From Selaginella moellendorffii (lineage: Eukaryota; Plantae; Lycopodiophyta): 64,000 bases of DNA. The notes below the pieces were generated by a model that did no database searches, had not been told where the DNA came from, and worked only from the letters and a program-made list of their open reading frames with translations. Location: positions 427,751-491,750 of the forward strand of contig NW_003314339.1 in assembly GCF_000143415.4 (NCBI RefSeq). The letters run 5' to 3'. The position numbers and the translations under genes are program-made. Every line of letters starts with the position of its first letter. Positions within the stretch are counted from its first letter, which is position 1. This document shows positions 21,740 through 35,201 of the stretch, piece by piece.

Positions 21740-24700
21740 ACTTGCTACGTTAGATCAGACATAAGCTCTAGGGAGAATTTTCTTGGAACTGAAAAAAGAA
21801 AGCAAATTTATAACATATCTCTCTACTTTAGCAAGAACTTCTACAATCAACCGCATGGAGACTTTTGATAAGACTTGTGTGCGAACCGGATAATGAGACC
21901 ATCTTTCTATGTTTACTAAAGTATATTTTGCCACCATTGTCTACTATAGGAATCAAATCTCACATTTCTACTCATACTATTTGAACCCAAGAGCCATATA
22001 TATAAATCAGTAACTCATCCTAGATTAGTTTAAGGTTGGACTATATTAATTTCTAAAGAAGTTGTTCAATTATTTTCTATTGTCTTTATTTATAGTTTTT
22101 CATCATCTTCCCTTCTCTTTCTAATATTATATAGAGAATAATTTTGGCATTGAATTAAATATCATAACCAAAATATTATAATATAATGGATTTAAATATT
22201 TATAAATAATTGATATTTGGCATATATAAATATATATTTAATATATACTTATTCTTGTATTAGCTTTGTACTGGCCATAATTCACAAAAATGGAGAGTGT
22301 TGCATTGAAGAATGTTTAGAGTTATTATAAGCAAACTTAGCAGAAGGAAGAAAATTAACCTAATCATCCTGTTGGTGAGAAATAAAATATTAAAAATACT
22401 ACTCAAGAGTTTAAATAGGTATCAATTTGAGGATGATAAGAAGTTAACAATTCTTTTTGATATAAAGGAAGGAAAAAAACTAATGTTAAATGGTGGAAAA
22501 TAATTAAGGACCACAATCAATGATAATATCACATAAAGATGAAAGATCTCCTTTTAGATAAGTTTAATTGACTACTCTCCATAAATTATCTTCTGATAGG
22601 GCAAGAAATGTGCTATTTTGAAAAATCAATTGATTGCAATATTCAAAAACAATGTTCAAATCTTAAGAGGTGGAAGATTGGTCAGGAAATTAATAAAAAT
22701 ATTTCTAAAGCTCTGGAGTAAGAAGAATTTTGAAGAAGACTAGATAGAGTATGTCAAGGCATTTTGGTTCATTAATACATATTGTAAGTATAGATAAAAT
22801 TTTCAATATACTTTTGCATATGAAACACTAACAACAGTGTCTTGGTTATGAGCAAAAGATTGGTATGTCAACAAAATTTGATGGCATGTAATTTAAGTTC
22901 TATGGCTTCCTTAATCAAGTTAGACTTTCGAATGCTATATAACTTGATTGATATTTCATTCTAAATTCTTATATGGAATTGATTGGACTATTTTTTTTAT
23001 TGGGATGCTATAAGTAATAAAAATTTTCATTCTAATTTAGTCACTTAACCATGCCTTATACCACTTAGAAGAGTTTCACTCACAACTTCTATATATCTTC
23101 ATTCTAATTTAGGGCATTTGTTAGCCCCCAGAGGTGATATCAAAATCACACCAACTTTATATTTGATCCAAGTGTTTTATATGTCCAATTCTACTTTAGA
23201 CACCTAAAGGTACTATTGAAGTACTAGTTATTATCTCTATTGGCATTGGATGCAAAAGCTTGAGTGAAGGGCTTTTTATGGTTTTAGCAAATAAGACTTT
23301 GTTGTAGTGCATGTGGTTTTCACCCTATGGTGATTTACCATATGATAACCATGAAGTGGAACCTAAACCTTTTATATACCATATGTCATGTGCCATGTTG
23401 TCACAAATGTAATTACAGGTAATGAAAGTTACTTGTCAGCTAGTATTTTCATATATTCTTTCCTTATTGCCACAATGGTAGGAGATCGGTATTGCTAGAC
23501 TTGTTACCAGTTCCCACTTGAGTTAATTGAGAAATTGGTTAATGGCCATGCACTTAAATTGGATAAACATAAAGTAAGAGCCCTATATGTTTCTTGTTGA
23601 GCATATTCGACCTAGTTTGAGAAACTCTTGTCATTGGCTTGCACTGGCAAGTATCAAGAAGCCCCGCAATATTGAGTTTAGTTCATCAATATTCGTTAAA
23701 TGATAGTTTACCGTGTCTGTCAAACACCCTCTCTATCATGCCCTTTATGTTAATCTCATTTCAGTCTTAAATGATATTTATGGAAAGTGTTTAGATTTGT
23801 TTATTTGGCATATCTACAGAATGTAAAGATTGTCTTGAACATAATGGTGTTCGTCCCGTGTTCCAATTCACAATCTAAGGACATTCCATATTTAGTAAGT
23901 TTCAAGCTTGTCCCAGAGATTAACTTCTAATACTAAGGGAGGCTTGGGGTGAAAGCCCAAAGCATGTGTTCCTCAAGTGGGAGGGGGGGGATATGGGGGG
24001 TTCCAAATGTATAGTAGGGATAGTGGGTAGGTCAGGTATGGCTGACCAACCTAAGGCATAATCTAACTCTTGCTTACGTGCCTGTTCTTGTTTTGCATCC
24101 GGCTTGGATCTAAGCCTAAGTTCCATACCATGTTAGTTGGTGGAGTACCCATATCCCTGTGTTAGGCCACCGGTATACTGAAATAGTGCCAAGTGCCAAA
24201 CTTCGTTTGGCTCCGTTTTGCATGCTGGTCCTGGCATTGGGATGCTAGATATTCTAGGACTGTTCCAAATCGCTCTATGCTTCTATCCCTTCACTCCTTG
24301 GGCTATACGCTCAAGAGTCACTCCGTGCTTTGGTTCTTTCGCTTCTTGGCTTTAGGCTTAGGAGTTTGGCTCTGTTCCTTCATTTAGTGGTCCAAGGCCT
24401 TGAAATTTGGGTTCTGCACCACTATCATTTGGACACATGGCATATGGCATGTGGCATGTAACACGTGGCACATGGAGGGTTTAGGTTCTATTTTGTGGTT
24501 ATCTTATGGTAAATCACTATAGGATAAGGGGTAATGTGAGACACAAAATCCCTAGGCCTGAAAGTGGAGCCGAAAGGGTACCACGTGGTAGTGGCTGAAG
24601 TGAAAGCCAAACGAGCATAACACGTTTGGACTAAAAGCTCCGACTTGAGAGGTCGAGAGTGGGAGTGGAACTCACAACGAAGTGCTCGAGGAACAAGCAC

Positions 24701-24763
24701 AAAGCAAACAATAAGTGAGTCTCTAGAAAAGGGACCCGAGATGGAGTCTGAGATGGACCCGAG

Positions 24764-27700
24764 TGTAAGCCACAAATTTTTCCTTTCCAATTTGCCAGCT
24801 TACCCTGTCTACCCGTCCAACACTGCCTTGGCTTTTGCTAAGTTCCCTCGCCAAGGTTCCCGCCTATAGTACCAGCTCCTACTTGGTCCTACTTGGTTTC
24901 AACTACTCACTGCACGAGCAATAGAGTGTTAGCCATCCATCCACGGATTCCCAATTCTCTCTCAATCCCCCTCCTCAGGTTAGACTGGACTTAAGGTTCG
25001 GCTACACTCCCCGCAGGCACAAGCAGCCAAGCACACTAAGCCTCCAGGTTCCTAACACCCCTTGGTACCACAAGACTTGATCATGGGACCCTCTAAATCC
25101 CAAGTCTTGGGGTGCAACACTTGCTTCTGGACGCCGGGGCAAAACACTGTGGCCTAACGGCCTGGTATGGGTACCTCTACGCCCCCCACTTCCATCCCGA
25201 AGGAAGGCCCAAGCCCCTAGGAAGGGCGAGGACCAATGAGCTGCATGGTACTCAAGTGGGGCACCACTCCACATGAGCCGGGAGCATCGCAGTCGGTTTC
25301 CCTTTCGGGAGTGGGAGCTGCTCTTGAGCACTTCCTGGACTTCCTGGGTGGCCCCTCCGGCACCACCCAAGTCTATGCTCACTCCCACCCAAGGCCTCTC
25401 AGTCCCAGTCTCAACCTCAAGTCAGTTTGAAAGCACCATTGCAGAGTTCCTTCAAGATTGGTTCCTGGACCTCACTATCCCTACTATATTTTGGGAACCC
25501 CCGGAAGCCCCTTCCCCCCCCCCCCCCCCCCCCGCGGGAGACACACGCTTTGGGCTTTCACCCCTTGACCCGTATTAGTACTCGGACTCGATCTCGGACC
25601 CGACTTCGGACCCGGTCTTGGACTCGATCTCGGACTCGATCTCAGACCCGATCTCGGACTCGACTTCGGACTCGACCTCGGACTTGGTCTCGGACCCAAT
25701 TTGGATCTCGGACTTTGTCTCAAACTCGGTCTTGAACTCGGTCTCGAACTCGGTCTCCGATTCGGCCTCGAACTTGATCCCGGACTCTATCTCGAACTCG
25801 GTCTTAGAGTCGGTCTTGGACTCAATCTTCGACACGGTCCCATCCGATAAACTCTTTGTCATTTTGGTCATGCTTTCGGGGATCTTTTAGCCTACGACAC
25901 CTTGGCGAGTTGGTTCCTTATAACTCCACCACCCATAGAAGAAGTTCGATGCCCACATCGAATGTCTCTTTTTTATCCTACGACTTGTTGACCATGTCTC
26001 CGGGGGCATCCCCCCACTTAGCGGTGTGCCTAAGTTAGCCTCCCTGGCCAAGAGCCCATGACAACGGAGTATAGGTGTCCCTATACTCCTCACCTCACCT
26101 CGCCCTAGTATGGGGTTGGGACTTGAACCTAGCCTTGTTTTACTAGGGGGTTGGGACTCAAACCCAACCTCTATAGAATATGTCTACGGATTCGACATCC
26201 CCGCGGGGAGTCGGGCGTAGTTCCCTACGCTTGGTCGACCTAGCTAACCCATGCTAATTAGCTTACCTTTGGCGCGCCTTCGGGTCCCAATATATGCCAT
26301 TGCTCAACTTCACAAATTGATACTTTAATTGAACTTTGTATAAGTACATAGAGTTTTGCCTTGCAGAAATTCCTCTACTAGACCTCGCGCATTCGCTAGG
26401 TTCTCCTCTGGTTCCCATGTTGCTTCGCAGTGTGGAAATCCTTTCCACTTCACATGAAACTCTCTCACGTCGTGTCCTTGTCACTTGCTCTTGCACGCAT
26501 TGAGGATAGCCTCGACTTCGTATTCCTCTTCCCCTTGGATAACCTCAGGTAAAGGTCTTACTTGGTCCTTGCGAAGCAGATCCTCAAAATATGGTTTGAG
26601 TAAGTTCACATGGAACACGGGGTGCATCTTCCCCATCTCTCGAGGAAGTCGAAGATGGTAAGCCACTTTACCGATTCAAGCCTCAATCTCATAAGGCCCC
26701 GCAAACTTGTTTAAACAACTCAAGATCAATTCGTTTATAGGAATATATGCATTTTTACCTTTGGGTCAACTTCTGGCTGATCCCACTTGGTAGCCTGAGG
26801 TTCTTGGTGTTCAGCCACACCTTCTCCCCAGTTTGGAACTCTACATCCCGACGCTTCTGGTTCGCATACTTGGTTTGCCTTTGTTGAGCCCGTTCCAAGG
26901 AATCCCTCACTAGATTCCAAATGTTGAGTCTTTCTGCCGTGAATGCCTCCACTGTGGGTAACTCTCCATGATACTCGGCTACGCCGGGTTCCACAGGACC
27001 TTCAATAGCTTGCCCATTGATGACTTCCCATGGACTCACCCCGATACTCGAATGTGGTGAGTTGTTATAACACATTTCCGCAAGTCCCAGATGACTTACC
27101 CAATCAGTCTGGTCTCCCGAGACATAGCATCGCAAATAATCCTCCAGCTGCCTATTCACCCTTTCCGTTTGTGAAGAAGTGTTAGTGCCATCCAACTTGA
27201 CTTAATACCCATTACTTGTCTGTGGGTGATAGGCTGTGCTGAATTTCAACTTGGTGCGATACTGTTCCAGGAGTGTTCTCCAGAACCTACTAGTGAAGAT
27301 CTTATCTCGATCTGAGATAATCTCTTTTGGCCTTCCCCGCACTCAAACCACTTGTTCGAAAAACAGCTTCGTCACACCTTCTGCATCCACTTCCGTTGTG
27401 GTGGGTATGAAATGTGCCATCTTCGAAAATTGATCCACCACCACGAATATCGCATCGAACCCCCCGCTTGGAGGGAGTCCCATGATGAAGTCCATCGTAA
27501 GACATTTCTATGGATGATCTGGAATTGGGATGCTTTGTAACAAGCCCCCACTAGCCTTAGTCACGGCTTTGACCTGCTGACATGTTGGACATGTCTTTAC
27601 ATAGTTTTGGACGTCTTTAGCCATATCTGGCCAGTGGTACTTCCTCTTGAGTAAGCCCATTATCTTGGGCACTCCGCCGTGTCCCGCAAGAGGTCCATCA

Positions 27701-30700
27701 TGACACTCTTATAAGGCTACCTTCCTTAGTTCCCCTTCTGGAACATACACCCTCGTTTGCTTGTAATATATGAGTCCGTTGCGTTCCGCATAGCTTGTTT
27801 TCTCTTTTGTTGGCAGCTCACCTCTCTGGTGAGCTTCCCGTGCCTCTAGATTCCTCAGCAACACTTCTTGTGCTAGACCATCGTTCTCGTATGCGGTCTG
27901 CACATCATCCCAAAAGGTTGCTGTCACGCTGGATATCGCCAACTTCAAGCTCGCTTTTCAACTTAGCGCATCTGCCACGATGTTGCTCTTCCCAAGCTTG
28001 TACAGAATCTCGCAATCAAACTCGGCCAAAGCATTGGCCCACCGACCTTGTTTTCCCCTCAGGTCAGGCTGTGACAAGAAGTGTTTTGTTGCCATATTGT
28101 CCGTGTAAACCTTGAAGTGTCTCCCAAGGTAGTGTCGCCACTCCTTGAGCGCCTTGACCACCGCAAACAGTTCCTTCTCATGGGCAGGCCACTTCCGTTG
28201 AGCCTTGTCCAACTTCTTCGAGAAGAACACTATTGGATGGTTGTCTTGCTTCAAAACTGCGCCCAACGCAAAGTCTGAAGCATCCGTTTCTACCTCAAAG
28301 TCCTTACCAAAGTCTGGTAGCGCCAACACGGGAGCCTTCCTCAACTTCCCCTTGAGGTGGACGAATGCCGCCTTGCATTCTGCTGTCCATACCATCTTCC
28401 CTTTTCCCGTTTGGTCTGTTAAGGGCAGGGCTACTCTTGAATAGTGTCTGATAAACTTTTGATAGTAGTTGCATAGCCCCAAGAATGCCCTTAACTCGTG
28501 TACATTCGATGGTCGCTCCCAATCCTGGATCGCTTGGACCTTCTCAGGGTCCACCTTGAGCTCGTCCTTGCCCACCACATGCCCGAGAAACTTTACCTCT
28601 TGCTGAGCAAAGTCACATTTGCTTTCTTTAGCATACAGCTGGTGTTCGCTTAGTTTCTCAAACACCTTCGTCAAGTGTTTAGCATGCTCCTCTAGCGTTT
28701 CGCTATAGATTAGGATGTCGTCAATATAGACGACCACAAAGTGATCCAGATAGGGTACAAAGATATGGTTTACATCAACGCCGAAAACGTTGCCGGCGCA
28801 TTGCATAGCCCGAAGGGCATCACCAGAAACTCGAAGCTCCCATACCTTGTTCGACAGGTTGTCTTCTCGACATCTTCCTCTGCTACCCTGATCTGGTAGT
28901 ATCCTGACCTTAGGTCAATCCTTGAGAAGTATTTTGCCTTTTTCAACCTATCGAACAGGTCCTCAATCCTTGGCAAAGGGTACTTGTTCTTCTTTGTATA
29001 TTTGTTGAGCAAGTTTATGCACATGCGCATAGATCCATCTTTCTTTTTCACAAATAGCACTGGCGCCCCATACGGCAATTTGCTCAACCTAACATACCCT
29101 TTGTCCACCAACTCCTCTAGTTGGCGCTTGAGCTCCGCGAGTTCTTTTTTGTTCAAACGATAGGGAGGGCGAACCACCGCTTTAGCACCCTCAACCTTAT
29201 GTTCTATCGGTCGTGCGGGGGGCAACCCCGCCAGTAGCTCCTCCGGCATGGTATCCTGGAATTGGTCCAACACCTGCTGGATCACTAAAGGTACTTCTTC
29301 CGTTCCTGTCTTTTTGTCACTCCTCACCGAGAGTAACCACAAAAATGCAGCCTTGGTCCCTTTAGTGAGTTGTCCCCTCATGTACACCAGGTTTAGGCAG
29401 GAATCTTTGGCCTTGCATTGCCCTACCTTTAGATCCTGGGCCTCCACCTTGGATCTTCTTCCTTGGGCATTCGCTAGTACCATAAGGTTTCTACCTTGTC
29501 CCCTCAAGGTTACCACGAACCGATTGAACCAATCCATCCCAAAGATAATGTTAAATCCCGCCATGTCCAACACGGTGAAATCCATGTCTACTTTCCAAGT
29601 CTCTACTTCGACTCTCGCTTGTCGAAGTACCTCATCAGTGCTTTGGCTACCTTGAACAAACTCTATAGTCCTTGGTTCGCCTAGCTACTGCACCATTAGT
29701 CCGGCTTGCCGGACTATGTCTGCAGCCACAAAATTATCCGAAGCACCCATGTCAATAAGGATCTTAACAAAGCTACCCCCAAGCTTCCCTCGGAGGGTTA
29801 GTAGATGTCGCGAACGACTCTCTACCAAAGTTGCTTGTGTAATGAGTAACTTTGAGCTAGGGACTGGATCACATATTTCAGTTTGGACTTCACCTGACTT
29901 AATGGCCATATTGGCTTTGGCCTTCTTCGGGTAGGGACATTCCCTCGAAAAGTGTCCCGCTTCACCGCAGTTGTAACATATGTTATTTCCCACGCTGCTA
30001 AATGAGTTGACCTTCTTATCCGTGGGTTTATCTCTTTTTGCTTGACTCCCCCACGTACTCGCTCGCTGGCCCCCGGATTTGCCCTTGCGAAACCCCGAGG
30101 ACTCATTCTTAAAGAAACTCTTCTTGAATTTCCCTTTGCTATACATTCCCCTTAGTTTGTCCCCTTTGCTAAATGTGGACCCCGACCCCGTCGCGTTCCC
30201 CTTTCGCAGGTTATCGTTGAAATGCACCTTGATGGCTGCATCCAACGCTTCCTTGTAGTTGGTCGGGTTCCAGCACATCACCTGACCGCGAGCCTAAGTT
30301 TGCAAACCTGATATGAAGGCATGGAATGCATCCATATCCCCCACGTCCGTGACAAGTATCCTCTTTGCTATAAAACCATTCACATACTCCTGAATGGTTC
30401 CGGTCTACTTCAGCCTACTCAACTCGTCTCTTAGATGCAGAGTAGCATTCGGAGGAACGTAGGTTGCGCGGATCCTCGCCTTCATCATGTCCCAAGTGGC
30501 CACCGGTCCTTCGTTGGCCTCCGTCGTTCTCCACCAAGACTTGGCATTATCTGCTAAGTATGGTTTTGCACATAGGACTTTCTTCGAGCTCGGTAATCGC
30601 AACGCTCGGAAGTAGTCCTCCATATCGTAAAACCAATCCTCCATCATCTTACAGTCATTCACTCCCTTGAAGACAGATGGGGGCTTTGGTTTATACTTGG

Positions 30701-32255
30701 GAACTGCCTGAGGGATTGATTCCACTTCGGTCTGTTCGACCTTGTTTGGTTCTGGCTTAGTCCCTCCCGAAGGGTCCGCACCTTCTGCGCTGCCAGCATC
30801 CGCAGTCTTTCGCTTTTTCTTCCGCTTCTCATCACGCTTTAACTTGCGTACGAGAGTCTCTAGCAGGGCATTGGTCTGTGCGAACTGTCCTTCTAGAATG
30901 TCCAATCGAGCCTTGAATGACCGAACCTCGCCACCGGACTCCTGTTTAGAAGTTTCCTCACTGGAGTCCTCTTCATGCAAGGATTCCTCATCCATAGCCT
31001 CTCGTTTGACCAGAGGCTCCAACTCTGGAGGAGGTTCTGTCTCCGCCTTGGTTCACTTCTGCCCTGCCTTTGCCATCTCCCAGAAATCCGCCTCTATCCT
31101 TCACTAAAACTGAGGAAAAGGCTCCGATACCAAATTGTAAGCCACAAATTTTTCCTTTCCAATTTGCCAGCTTACCTCGTCTACCCGTCCAACACTGCCT
31201 TGGCTTTTGCTAAGTTCCCTCGCCAAGGTTCCCGCCTATGGTACCAGCTCCTACTTGGTCTTACTTGGTTTCAACTACTCACTGCACGAGAAATAGAGTG
31301 TTAGCCATCCATCCACGGATTCCCAATTCTCTCCCAATCCCCTTCCCCGGGTTAGACTGGACTTAAGGTTCGGCTAAACTCCCTGCAGGCACAAGCAACC
31401 AAGCACACTAAGCCTCCAGGTTCCTAACACCCCTTAGTACCACAAGACTTGATCATGGGACCCTCTAAATCCCAAGTCTTGGGTGCAACACTTGCTTCTG
31501 GACGCCGGGGCAAAACACTGTGGCCTAACGGCCCGGTATGGGTACCTCTACCCCCCCACTTCCATCCCGAAGGAAGGCCCAAGCCCCTAGGAAGGGTGAG
31601 AACCAATGAGCTGCATGGTACTCAAGTGGGGCACCACTCCACATGAGCCGAGAGCACTACAGTCAGTTTCCCTTTCGGGAGTGGAAGCTGCTCTTGAGCA
31701 CTTCCTTGGGTGGCCCCTCCGGCACCACCCAAGTCCATGCTCACTCCCACCCAAGGCCTTTCGGCCCCAGTCTCAACCTCAAGTCAGTTTGAAAGCACCA
31801 TTGAAGAGTTCCTTCAAAACTGGTTCCTGGACCTCATTATCCCTACTATACTTTTGGAACCCTCTGCAGCCCCCCCCCCCAGGAGACGCACGCTTTGGGC
31901 TTTCACCCCTTGACCCGTATTAGTACTCGGACTCGGTCTCGGACTCGATCTCGGACCCGACTTCGGACTCGGTCTCGGACTCGATCTCGGACCCGATCTC
32001 GAACTCGACTTCGGACTCGACCTCGAACTCGGTCTCGGACCTGATTTGGATCTCGGACTCTGTCTCAAACTCGGTCTTCGATTCGGCCTCGGACTCGATC
32101 CCGGACTCGATCCCGGACTCTATCTCAAACTCGGTCTCAGAGTCGGTCTTGGACTCGATCTTCGACTCGGTCCCATCCGATGAACTGTTTGTCATTTTGG
32201 TCATGCTTTCGGGGATCCTTTAGCCTACAACACCTTGGCGAGTTGGTTCCTTACA
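24764..32255 (-). mobile_element. Full-length but decayed Ty3/gypsy chromovirus LTR retrotransposon (family A)
   Basis: Two ~1.1 kb direct LTRs (24764-25922, 31136-32255), 5-bp TSD CCGAG (24759-63 / 32256-60), PBS complementary to tRNA-iMet (31121-31132), PPT-like GGGTGGTGGAG next to the 3' LTR, and gag-pol on the minus strand. Confidence 0.95.
26263..31076 (-). pseudogene. gag-pol polyprotein (Gag, zinc knuckle, protease, RT, RNase H, integrase, chromodomain) with stops and frameshifts
   Basis: CYNCGEAGHFSRECP; LIDMGASDNF; [24 protein letters not shown]; VYIDDIL; ETDASDFALGAVL; FSTAYHPQT..QTERVN; HPVFHVNLLKPY; chromodomain YEVEAIL..FHVKWKGF..ATWEPEENL. Confidence 0.93.
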
Positions 32256-33928
32256 CCGAGATGGAGTCCGAGATGGATTCTGAGATGGAGTCCGAGATGG
32301 AGTCCGAGATGGAGTCGAGATGGAGTCTAAGATGGACCCAAGATGGAGTTCGAGATGGATCCGAGATGGAGTCCGAGATGGAACCGAGATTGAGACCGAG
32401 ACCAAGACCGAGTCCGAAACTAGGACTAAGATCGAGTCTGAGTTCGAGTTTGAGTTTGAGTTTGAGTCCGAATACTAATACAGACTATTGGGTGAAAGCC
32501 TAAAGTGATCATCCCCCAGGGAGGGGGGGGGGGGGGGGGGGCTACGGGGGATTCCAAAAGTATAGTAGGGAGAGTGTGGGTGTTGGAGCCTAGTGGAGCC
32601 AGTTTGGCCAAGAACGGTCAGTTTGGCCCAAGAAGGCTGTACCCAGGTGTTGGGTGATGAGCTGACCACTGGGAAGTCCAAGACTAGAGTGAATACGGAC
32701 CGACAAGCAGGGTAGCTTTGTGAAGTGTTCAAGAGCCGGCTCTAGTTCCCCTAGGAGATCAAATGGTCGATGCTCCCAGTCCAAGTGTGGGTGGCACTAC
32801 TTACTTGGATACCTAGTGTAGCTCAATGGAACCTCGCTCTAAGCCCATGGCTAGAGCACCCAAAGGTGGAAGGTGGGGAGAGTACCCATGAGGCTCGCAT
32901 AGGGCCACGGTGTTTCGAAATGTTGTCCCAAAGGCCTAGATTGTGGAAAGAAAGAGGAGTAGTCCTCTTGTGTAGTGACCAAGGATACAGCTGTGTGGTG
33001 AGGAAGTCCCAGAGTACCGTGGGACTTAGTGGTCGGGCCTGTGGGCCTCGATCTAGTGGCAGTGTTGGCGAATACGGCCATGGGCAGAAAGGGACTTGGT
33101 GGGGACCGGAAAAGGGATATTGGGAAAGGCTATTCCTCATGTCTGCAGGCATCCTAAGGATGCTAAGGAGTGGATTTGGGATGTTCACTCATGGACAAAT
33201 GGCCCATGTGACCAAGGTGAATGGGCAAGGCCTTAGCGTAACGGGCTAATATGTTGGTGGTACCTTGGGGTGTCGGTCATGGGATTGGACATGTGGAGCA
33301 CTTAGACCAAGTGTAATGGTTGAGTGGCATGGATGCCATTCTTGGGGCTAGCAAGTCCCTAAGTCCAAAATAGGACTTACGGAGGTTGTGAGTGAGACTC
33401 CTCCAAGTGGTTGGAGGTGTGGTTAAGTGACTAAAGTAGAATGGAAAATTTAATCGCTTACAATTTGGTATCAGAGTTGTTCCTTAGTCTGACTTTTATT
33501 GGTGCTTAAGTATATCACCACTGGTGTTGGTATCAGAAGGTTCTATGAGTGGGCCTATCCTTGAGGAGTAGCAGGTCGGGAAGACATGGCTTTCCATTAC
33601 AGTTCATGTGTGAATTTGTAAGCAAGGTGGTGGATAGAAAAGGGCCAATAATGGAACGACTTTGGGATCTTGGGAACAGTATAAGGGTTTCCTTAGAGAG
33701 TTGAGGATGTGACCTAGATGAGTGTTTGACTTAGCAAACTGGCTAATGTAGTTGTGATAAACAACTATAATTGGGATCACGGGAAAGATAGAGACTCCAA
33801 AGCAATAAAGGAGTCACAAGATTATCCTCATATAGTTGAGGTTAGTGCTCATAAATGTGAGACCAAAAGTAATGACCGCGGGAGGTCAAATACAGAAGAG
33901 GATACGAGTCCTTGAAATGGTAGTCGGG

Positions 33929-35101
33929 TGTGAGACACAAAATCCCTAGGCCCCAAAGTGGAGCCAGAGGGGCGCCACGTGGTAGTGGCCGAAGCGAAAG
34001 CCAAACGAGCGTAACACATTTGGACTAAAAGCTCCACCTTGAAAGGTCGAGAGCGGGAGTGGAACTCCCAACAAAGTGCTCGAGGAACAAGCATAAAGAG
34101 AGCAATAAGCGAGGCTCCAAAAAGGGACCCAAAAGGACCAACACATGACACGTGGAAGTGTCCAAGATGGACCTGAGTTGGAGTCCGAGAAGGACCTGAG
34201 TTGGAGTCCGAGAAGGACCCCGAGATGGAGTCCGAGGTGGAGTTCGAGGTGGACCCGAGATGGACCCGAGATGGAGTCCGAGCTGGAGTCCGAGATGGAC
34301 CCGAGATGGAGTCTGAGATGGAGTCCGAGATGGACCCGAGATGGACCCGAGATGGGACCCAAGATGGACGCGAGATGGAATCCAAGATGGAGTCCGAGAA
34401 GGACTCGAGATGGAGTCCGAGGTGGAGTCCGAGATGGAGTCCGAGATGGACTCGAGATGGACCCGAGATGGAGTCCGAGATGGAGTCTGAGATGGACCCG
34501 AGATGGAGTCCAAAGTTGAGACCGGGACCAAGACCGAGATCGGGACCGAGACCGAGACCGAGATTGGGACTGAGACCGAGAACGAGGCCGAGTCCGAGTC
34601 CGAATCCGAATCCGAGTCCGAGTCCAAGTCCGAGTCCAAGTCCGAGGCCGAGTTCAAGTTCGAGTCTGAGAGGGTGAAAGCCCGAAGCGTTCGTCTCCCA
34701 GACCCTGGGGGGTTTGGTGAGCTCCAAAAGTATAGTAGGGGGAGGACTGCAGTGGAGCTAGTTTGGCCAGGAAAGGCCAGTTTGGCCCAGGAAGGCCGGA
34801 CCCAGTGTTGGGTGATGAGCTGCCCACTGGGAAGTCCAAGACTAGAGTGAACACGGACCGACAAGCGGGGTAGCTTGGTGAAGTGTTCAAGAGCCGACTC
34901 TAGTTCCCCGGGGAGATCGACTGGCCGATGCTCCCAGTCCAAGTGTGGGTGGCACTACCTACTTGGATACCTAGTGTGGCTCAACGGAACCTCGCTCTAA
35001 GCCCATGGCTAGAGCACCAAAAGGCGAGAGGTGGGGAGAGTACTTATGAGGCTTGCGTAAGGCTACGGTGTTCCGCCAAGTACCTTCCTATCCATGGCCG
35101 T
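33929..35101 (+). mobile_element. Family-B LTR copy truncated by the assembly gap
   Basis: TGTGAGACACAAAATCCCTAGG start, CCGAGATGGAGT/GAGACC arrays, and the same downstream sequence as the other copies. Confidence 0.85.
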
Positions 35102-35201
35102 NNNNNNNNNNNNNNNNNNNNNNNNNNNNNNNNNNNNNNNNNNNNNNNNNNNNNNNNNNNNNNNNNNNNNNNNNNNNNNNNNNNNNNNNNNNNNNNNNNN
35201 N
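35102..35201. other. Assembly gap (100 N)
   Basis: Run of N. Confidence 1.

Larger units (their letters stand above)
24535..33462 (+). mobile_element. Family-B LTR (TG...CA) split by the inserted chromovirus, followed by an iMet PBS
   Basis: Starts TGTGAGACACAAAATCCCTAGG at 24535, is interrupted at 24764-32255, and ends ..TCGCTTACA at 33462. PBS TGGTATCAGAG at 33466. Confidence 0.8.

Noticed and set aside
21900-23900. AT-rich region that may be an old transposon remnant
   Set aside because: No ORF, termini or repeats identifiable by eye.
26706-26758. GT..AG-bounded 53-bp AT-rich insert in the integrase, resembling an intron
   Set aside because: Removing it at GT/AG leaves a frameshift in QRFAGP. 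A 52-bp filler insertion explains it better.
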